A stretch of DNA of 61,680 nucleotides from an uncultured Ignavibacteria bacterium. Lineage in GTDB: Bacteria > Zixibacteria > MSB-5A5 > CAIYYT01. Position numbers and translations under genes: made by a program. Below are positions 56,031 to 61,680 of this stretch, in pieces; the first letter of the stretch is position 1; each line of letters opens with the position of its first letter. Under the pieces are notes generated by a model. It was given only the letters and a program-made list of their open reading frames with translations. It did no database searches and was not told where the DNA came from. The stretch is taken from positions 1,811-63,490 of the forward strand of contig CAYXUL010000004.1 in NCBI GenBank assembly GCA_964468475.1, written 5' to 3'.

Positions 56031-57170
56031 ATGAAGAGAAGACACGTGACATTAACTTTCTTGTTTACAGCGGCAGTCGTGATTTTGCTCTCAGCGGGCG
56101 GCGCCTCCGCGCAGGATCACAAGGATTTTCCCTCGCTCGATTGTACGAAGTGCCACACTTGCAACGATCCTACTATTGACGAACCCTGTCTCAAACCATG
56201 TCCGCGTATTCAATCGGCTCATGAGACGGCCAAGCACAGCCTTACGGAAGCTCCCGACAGCATGCTGCTGAATTCGCTGGAAAATCTTTACGAGCCGGTG
56301 CGTTTTAATCACAAACTGCATGCTTCGATGGCGGAGATGGGCGCCGACTGCGCCACTTGCCATCATTACAGTCCACCTGGTGAAATTCAACCGTGTAGCG
56401 ACTGTCACAGTCAGACGGCTGAGTCAACTGATCTGTCGAAGCCGAACCTGAAGGGTGCCTATCATCGACAGTGCCTCTCCTGCCATCGTGAATGGAGCCA
56501 CGACACCAAGTGTGTTGTCTGCCATATTCCACGCGAAGGCGGTGCCATTGCCGAATCGATTTCCGACCCAACTGACATTATGGGTACCAGGCACCCGGTG
56601 ATCACGGAGCCGGTCAAGAGAGTATACACGACACCTTATAAGCCGGGGCCGATCGTCACTTTCCATCATATGGAGCATATCGAATTGTTCAACCTGCGCT
56701 GCGTAGACTGCCACAAGAAAGAAGATTGCGGCTATTGCCACGATCTTGAGCAGAAGACAATAGTCAAGAAGACACAGGCGCAGGTACATGCCGTTTGCAA
56801 CGATTGCCATGCCGACGATCGTTGTGCTAAATGCCATGACAACCGGGAGCGACCGGCATTTGTTCATGCCGACACCGGGTGGCCCATGAATCGTTTCCAT
56901 CGTGGGCTCGAGTGTCGAGCCTGCCACCCAACCGGTACTCGCATTGCGAAACTCAACACCGACTGCAATGCCTGTCACTCCGGATGGAACGAGACTAATT
57001 TCAGCCATGCAATCACCGGTCTTCTACTCGATGAGACACACTCTGAAATAGAGTGCGAGACTTGCCATCTCAAACGTAACTTCGCGGTCAAACCGGTGTG
57101 CACGGAGTGCCATGATGATGGCCGCACCTACGACGAAACTCCGCCGGGAGAATTTGTCAAGGTGAGATAA
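56031..57170 (+). CDS. periplasmic multiheme c-type cytochrome, 13 CxxCH motifs
   Basis: Signal peptide MKRRHVTLTFLFTAAVVILLSAGGASA. I counted 13 CxxCH. The start is at ATG 56031 (GAGGTG upstream). The GTG at 56016 used by the track is the alternative. Confidence 0.9.
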   Translation: MKRRHVTLTFLFTAAVVILLSAGGASAQDHKDFPSLDCTKCHTCNDPTIDEPCLKPCPRIQSAHETAKHSLTEAPDSMLLNSLENLYEPVRFNHKLHASMAEMGADCATCHHYSPPGEIQPCSDCHSQTAESTDLSKPNLKGAYHRQCLSCHREWSHDTKCVVCHIPREGGAIAESISDPTDIMGTRHPVITEPVKRVYTTPYKPGPIVTFHHMEHIELFNLRCVDCHKKEDCGYCHDLEQKTIVKKTQAQVHAVCNDCHADDRCAKCHDNRERPAFVHADTGWPMNRFHRGLECRACHPTGTRIAKLNTDCNACHSGWNETNFSHAITGLLLDETHSEIECETCHLKRNFAVKPVCTECHDDGRTYDETPPGEFVKVR

Positions 57171-57224
57171 GCGCAAAGTCGGCCATGCAATCGGGCTGAC
57201 TTCGACCTCCTAATGGTTGGTAGT

Positions 57225-57264
57225 GGGCGCCTGCTCAAACGCACAGGCGCCCGCTTCTTTTCTC
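57225..57264 (+). terminator. Rho-independent terminator
   Basis: A perfect 9-bp GC stem GGGCGCCTG / CAGGCGCCC with a 10-nt loop, then GCTTCTTTTCTC. It lies 55 nt after the 13-heme cytochrome stop. Confidence 0.7.
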
Positions 57265-57267
57265 GGA

Positions 57268-57756
57268 TCACTTTCCTTTGCATTTGAAGATGCGCGGAGT
57301 CAGCGCACCGGCGGATTTTCGGTATTCGGTATAGTGAGGAAACTTCTTTGAGAGTAAGCTCTCCTCGAATCGAAGCTTGACGGCATAGAACAGCGCTATC
57401 ACCGCAGCAAGCGCGAAGTTCAACCACTGCGCGTGATAAAGCGCCACCCCCCAGAGCAGCAGAATTACGCTCAGGTAGAGAGGGTGCCGAATCCAGCGAT
57501 AGATTCCGCCAGTTATTAGCTCGGCATCATCGCGAGGCCGGGGGGATGGGTTGATCAGATAGCTGTGATTCTTCCGCCTGTGAGCTGCGATCGCAACCGC
57601 TCCCACTACCAAGCCACCGACGGCCAGCAGACCTGCAGCCAGATCTCTCGCCAGGGATCTACTGGCAGCAGGAGTCAGCAGGACTGCAATCAGAAACGCC
57701 GCAAGTAGTAACCATTGCAGCGACATGAAGAATCCGATCTTCGCGCTCTCCGACAT
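57268..57756 (-). CDS. isoprenylcysteine carboxyl methyltransferase (ICMT/PEMT) family membrane protein
   Basis: LITGGIYRWIRHPLYLSVILLLWG and FEESLLSKKFPHYTEYRK. Confidence 0.8.
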   Translation of the reverse strand: MSESAKIGFFMSLQWLLLAAFLIAVLLTPAASRSLARDLAAGLLAVGGLVVGAVAIAAHRRKNHSYLINPSPRPRDDAELITGGIYRWIRHPLYLSVILLLWGVALYHAQWLNFALAAVIALFYAVKLRFEESLLSKKFPHYTEYRKSAGALTPRIFKCKGK

Positions 57757-57765
57757 TGGCAGCCC

Positions 57766-57999
57766 TTATTTGCGGAAGAAATTGAGAATTACCGTAAGCA
57801 AAATGCTAAGCAGGATTGAGGTGACAATCGGTATATATATCGTCACGTTCTTCTTGCGGATAATCAGATCTCCCGGGAGCTTTCCCAGCAACGGAATTTT
57901 GTCTCCGAACAGGAAAATCACGCCGATAACGATAAAGATCGCCCCGGCAATGATCATGAACTTTCCAAAAGGCTGCACCGCAAACTCTCCAGCTGACAT
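57766..57999 (-). CDS. DUF2905-family small membrane protein
   Basis: 77 aa. LGKLPGDLIIRKKNVTIYIPIVTSILLSILLT matches the DUF2905 pattern. Confidence 0.7.
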   Translation of the reverse strand: MSAGEFAVQPFGKFMIIAGAIFIVIGVIFLFGDKIPLLGKLPGDLIIRKKNVTIYIPIVTSILLSILLTVILNFFRK

Positions 58000-58109
58000 T
58001 CACGCGTATCAACTATACGTGAAACAAGATTGCGTTCTCAATCTATAGCGCAATTTCCCGATTTGAGGACATCATAGCTGCATCGTGAAGCAGAAAGTTT
58101 GCGCCTAGA

Positions 58110-58127
58110 TAGTTAAAAATTTCACAA
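58110..58127. promoter_or_regulatory. weaker Rex-like site, TAGTTAA-AAAT-TTCACAA
   Basis: 12 of 14 arm positions match. It lies ~110 nt upstream of hbd-ackA. Confidence 0.3.
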
Positions 58128-58236
58128 ATTCATTGAGAGGTCGATATTATATACGTATATTCGCGCGTGGAAATTTCAGGCTAATACGACTGCGAGAGTA
58201 TCGTATTCTGACAGAGCTGGAATGAAAGAGGACAAA

Positions 58237-59136
58237 ATGGCTTTGAATAAAATTATCATAATTGGCGCCGGAACGATGGGGCAGGGAATCGCGCGAACCA
58301 TCGCCGAAACCGGCACCGAAGTAATTCTGTGTGACCTGAGTGCGGATATCCTTGAACACTCGCTGCAGTTTCTTTCTGACTCTCTCGACCACGAGATCGA
58401 GAAATGGGGAATTACCGCCTCTGAGAAGAAAGCAATCCTGGCGCGAATCACTACCACAACCGACTATGATGAACTGAAAACTGCCGATCTCGTAATCGAA
58501 GCTGTCGACGAAGATCGCGACAAGAAGCGCAAGTTGTTCGAGCGAATCGACAAGATCTGCCCGCGCGAGACGATCTTCATCTCCAACACGTCGACGATCT
58601 CGATTTCCGATCTGGCTGCGGCCTCTACGCGGCCTCACAAAGTGATCGGCATGCATTTCCTCAATCCGGTTCATAAGGTTCCTCTGGTCGAGTTGGTGCG
58701 AGGTTTGCGCACTTCCGATGAGACGGTGGAATTCACGCGCGAGTTCGCTTCACGACTGAACAAGCGTCCGATCGAAGTCAATGAATATCCCGGCTATGTC
58801 ACTACACGTATCATCGTGCCGCTTCTCAATGAGGCTATGCATGTGCTAATGGAGGGCATCGCGACAGCGGACGATATCGACGCTGCCATGAAGCTGGGAT
58901 TCGGCTTCAACATGGGCCCGCTGGCGTTGGCCGATATGATGGGGCTCGATGAGGTGATGAGCATGATGGAAAATCTGCTGCGCGAGTTATCCGAGCACAA
59001 GTACAATCCCTGCCCGCTGCTTCGTAAGCTGGTGCGTGCTGGACATCTCGGTGTCAAGACAGGTCAGGGTTTTTTCAAGTATGATGCTGAGGGCGTAAAG
59101 ATCGAGGAGGCCGTTCGTGAAAATATTAGTGCTTAA
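58237..59136 (+). CDS. hbd: 3-hydroxybutyryl-CoA dehydrogenase
   Basis: IIIIGAGTMGQGIA Rossmann motif, NTSTISIS, IGMHFLNPV and the C-terminal 3HCDH domain. The start is set at ATG 58237. Confidence 0.9.
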   Translation: MALNKIIIIGAGTMGQGIARTIAETGTEVILCDLSADILEHSLQFLSDSLDHEIEKWGITASEKKAILARITTTTDYDELKTADLVIEAVDEDRDKKRKLFERIDKICPRETIFISNTSTISISDLAAASTRPHKVIGMHFLNPVHKVPLVELVRGLRTSDETVEFTREFASRLNKRPIEVNEYPGYVTTRIIVPLLNEAMHVLMEGIATADDIDAAMKLGFGFNMGPLALADMMGLDEVMSMMENLLRELSEHKYNPCPLLRKLVRAGHLGVKTGQGFFKYDAEGVKIEEAVRENISA

Positions 59137-60313
59137 CTGCGGCTCTTCCTCGGTCAAGTATCAGCTTTTCGAGATGGAGAACCACTTCTGTCTCGCCAAA
59201 GGCACCGTCTCTCGTATTGGCATGTCAGGTGCGGTGCTCAAACACAAACCGCACGACCGGCCGGAAATTACGATTTCTGCGGAAATGCTCGACCATATCG
59301 TAGCAATCGAGCATGTGGTCGCGATCCTGCTGTCACCCAACCACGGCGTGATTAAGGATCGCTCCGAAATCATCGCCGTAGGACATCGCGTGGTTCACGG
59401 CGGCGAACGCTTCACCGAGTCGGCCTTGATCGACGACGATGTTATGCAGGAGTTGCGCAACCTGATAGATCTTGCACCACTCCATAATCCGCATAACATC
59501 ACCGGCATCAAAGCGACGTTGAAGAATCTTCCCGGTGTCCCCAACGTTGCCGTGTTCGATACGGCCTTTCATTATCGCATGCCTGAGCATGCCTACATTT
59601 ATCCCGTCCCTTATGTCCTTTACAAGAAATACCGTATCCGTCGCTACGGCTTTCATGGAATGAACCATCATTATGTCTCGCAGCGTGCCGCGGAGATGCT
59701 GGGCACGACGCGAGATAAATTGAAAATGATTACCTGTCATCTCGGCAACGGCGCGTCAATGTCTGCCGTCGATAACGGCGTCTCGGTCGATACTACGATG
59801 GGTTTCACGCCTCTTGAAGGTCTCATGATGGGCACCCGCTGCGGTGACATCGACCCGGCGATTATCCTCCACATGATTGGGCGCGAAGAGCTGTCGTTGC
59901 ATGAAGCCAACACCATGATGAATAAGCATTCGGGATTGATCGGCGTAAGCGGAGTCTCCTCCGACATGCGCGAAGTCATCGAGGCTAAGGAGGAAGGCAA
60001 CAAGCGCGCTAAGCTGGCGTTCGACATCTACTGCTATCGCGTGAAAAAATACATCGGCGCCTATGCCGCGGCGATGGGCGGTTTAGATGCGGTGGTGTTC
60101 AGCGCCGGTATCGGCGAGAACTCCGCTGAAGTGCGTGCGCAAAGCACTTCTGACCTGCAGTTCCTCGGCATCGATCTCGACGAAAGCAAGAATGCAGACG
60201 CGGTTGGCAAAGAGGCCGTTGTCAGCAAGGATGACTCCCGCGTCAAAGTGATTGTCGTGCCCGCGAACGAAGAACTGGTGATCGCGCTCGATACGATGGA
60301 ACTTGTCGGTTAG
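59117..60313 (+). CDS. ackA: acetate kinase
   Basis: MKILVLNCGSSSVKYQLF, VGHRVVHGG, RYGFHGMNH and CHLGNGASM. The GTG start overlaps the end of hbd by 20 nt. Confidence 0.95.
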   Translation: MKILVLNCGSSSVKYQLFEMENHFCLAKGTVSRIGMSGAVLKHKPHDRPEITISAEMLDHIVAIEHVVAILLSPNHGVIKDRSEIIAVGHRVVHGGERFTESALIDDDVMQELRNLIDLAPLHNPHNITGIKATLKNLPGVPNVAVFDTAFHYRMPEHAYIYPVPYVLYKKYRIRRYGFHGMNHHYVSQRAAEMLGTTRDKLKMITCHLGNGASMSAVDNGVSVDTTMGFTPLEGLMMGTRCGDIDPAIILHMIGREELSLHEANTMMNKHSGLIGVSGVSSDMREVIEAKEEGNKRAKLAFDIYCYRVKKYIGAYAAAMGGLDAVVFSAGIGENSAEVRAQSTSDLQFLGIDLDESKNADAVGKEAVVSKDDSRVKVIVVPANEELVIALDTMELVG

Positions 60314-60395
60314 AACCGACCCTGCCACCGCGCCTGACAATCGCCTTCGCTCAACTATTGCACTCCCGCGTAACGGCAGCTTTATTGTTATATAT

Positions 60396-61142
60396 ATGAC
60401 CTGGTACAAAACCTTCTACACTGAAGCATTCATTCCTGTTGTCGGCTATCCTTCGCCGGAAGAGACTGATCGACAGGTGAATTTTATCGCACGTGCACTC
60501 AAACTTCGCGTGGGAGCGCATGTGCTCGATCTTTGCTGCGGTTTGGGACGGCACGCAAAAGGATTGGCCGCGACTCACGGTCTTTATGTAACCGGGCTCG
60601 ACTTGTCGAAAGAATATCTCGAGCTGGCGCGCACGCGGTTTCGGCATGACAACGTCGAATATGTTGAAGGCGACATGCGTGAGATCGGCATGGTGGGAAA
60701 ATTCGATGCTGTCATCAATATGTTCACTTCCTTCGGTTTCTTCGAGGAAGATGCGGAAAATCAAAAAGTCCTCAATTCCGTCGCCAAAGCATTGAAACCG
60801 GGTGGGCTCTTCCTTCTCGATGTGGAAAACAAATTCTATTTCGTGGCCGTGTCGGTGCTGCGTGATCGCAAATTCAAGGTAGATACCGCACCGGGAGAGT
60901 GGATCGAATGCGAGCACTCCTACGATATGATAAAAGAGCGCGAGAGGATGTCCGCCAACATGTATCGCGAAGGCAACCTCGTCTTCAGAACCGGTTATGA
61001 CATCAGGCTCTACAGCATCTCAGAATTGAGCCAGATGATCGCTAAGGCAGGCATGAAGATTGAAAACATCTGGGGCGATTATGACATGTCGAACTGCGAC
61101 GCGACGAGTCGTCGCGTGATTCTGCTCGCCAGAAAAGCATAG
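60396..61142 (+). CDS. class I SAM-dependent methyltransferase
   Basis: VLDLCCGLGRH (motif I), FDAVINMFTSFGFF and ALKPGGLFLLD. The start is set at ATG 60396. Confidence 0.8.
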   Translation: MTWYKTFYTEAFIPVVGYPSPEETDRQVNFIARALKLRVGAHVLDLCCGLGRHAKGLAATHGLYVTGLDLSKEYLELARTRFRHDNVEYVEGDMREIGMVGKFDAVINMFTSFGFFEEDAENQKVLNSVAKALKPGGLFLLDVENKFYFVAVSVLRDRKFKVDTAPGEWIECEHSYDMIKERERMSANMYREGNLVFRTGYDIRLYSISELSQMIAKAGMKIENIWGDYDMSNCDATSRRVILLARKA

Positions 61143-61192
61143 GGCAGATACCGTCTCTCAAGTCTCCCTGGAACTTGACAATTCCAATAATC

Positions 61193-61672
61193 TCAAAGAC
61201 CAAAGCCTTCGTCGGCAAGTGTTGCACAATGGACAAATGAAGCTGGCTTTAGAAGGCTATTATTGTCGACGATTTCGAAGATTCCGCTGACAAGGAAAGA
61301 GCTGGCCCTACTAGCGATTAAAACTCTGTAAGACTTGTTTTGCATGTGTAGCCAAATGAGGGAGCTGTCGGGGCAGTCATTCACCTGTATCCGCAGGAGA
61401 TTTCTTTCGGGCTCAGAAACGTCGGCGCACCGCGGAGGTACGACAGTAACGGAATCGATGTCGGCCTTGGAGGCGATCTTCAGCTCGTATGTTGCGGCTG
61501 AGACATTTTTGAACCTTGCGATGATCGTTGAGTCTGGTATTCGATTCGGGTTGATCCGAATGTGATCCTTGTACACTTGTGGAAATCGAAGAGGAGACGG
61601 GCTAGAATCAGTTTCTGACTGACCTTCGGTGCGAAGATTATCTGTCTCTATTCTGAGTTGAGATTTGGGCAA
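61193..61672 (-). CDS. hypothetical protein (may extend past the window edge)
   Basis: The support is the ORF alone. There are no recognisable motifs. Confidence 0.3.
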   Translation of the reverse strand: MPKSQLRIETDNLRTEGQSETDSSPSPLRFPQVYKDHIRINPNRIPDSTIIARFKNVSAATYELKIASKADIDSVTVVPPRCADVSEPERNLLRIQVNDCPDSSLIWLHMQNKSYRVLIASRASSFLVSGIFEIVDNNSLLKPASFVHCATLADEGFGL

Positions 61673-61680
61673 AGTCTCAG

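Noticed and set aside
58149-58160. 12-bp perfect palindrome ATATACGTATAT upstream of hbd
   Set aside because: Short AT-rich palindromes are expected by chance in AT-rich intergenic DNA. No second copy or known consensus supports calling it an operator.
1-61680. Search for tRNA, rRNA, CRISPR arrays, IS elements, integrases or phage genes
   Set aside because: None were recognised. The intergenic regions are short or contain only the hairpins and palindromes reported, and no transposase or integrase-like ORF is present. The PAAR and cytochrome islands therefore have no visible mobility signature in this window.

Overview
This window holds about 50 protein-coding genes from a diderm (Gram-negative-type) bacterium, probably an uncultured anaerobe. 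I saw no rRNA, tRNA, CRISPR array, transposase or integrase.

**Layout**
- 1-20 kb is ordinary metabolism and envelope genes. It includes a partial serine hydrolase that is missing from the ORF track, bacterioferritin, an MFS pump, metH-metF, a 950-aa internally duplicated beta-helix surface protein with a dockerin-like tail, a CoA-transferase, a GT4 glycosyltransferase, an acetolactate-synthase-like enzyme and an aldehyde dehydrogenase.
- 21-26 kb carries two tandem sigma-factor / Ser-Thr-kinase pairs.
- 28-35.8 kb is an orphan PAAR island. It encodes a PAAR spike-tip protein with an unknown C-terminal extension, a leaderless 1121-aa protein with a split OmpA-like domain and a metzincin-like motif, a propeller-like protein, a lipoprotein and a DUF1795/Eag-like chaperone. 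No contractile-injection core genes are in view.
- 35.9-48.3 kb is the most striking region. It is a minus-strand gene set for extracellular electron transfer with 55 CxxCH heme motifs. An OmcS-like hexaheme (nanowire-type) cytochrome sits between an NHL propeller and a 703-aa outer-membrane barrel carrying a discoidin-like insert. These are followed by CsgG/LpoB-like lipoproteins, a SurA-like chaperone and 26-heme and 16-heme cytochromes. A membrane-anchored heptaheme cytochrome and an OmpR-type two-component system lie upstream.
- 53.9-57.2 kb encodes a Tat-FeS / NrfD / 13-heme module, a likely quinol:cytochrome oxidoreductase.
- The right end carries hbd-ackA and methyltransferases.

**Regulatory link**
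Near-perfect TTGTGA-N6-TCACAA palindromes (Rex/CRP-type) occur in pairs upstream of both cytochrome operons, which suggests shared redox control.

All functional calls come from motifs read by eye and from memory of protein families. No database search was run.
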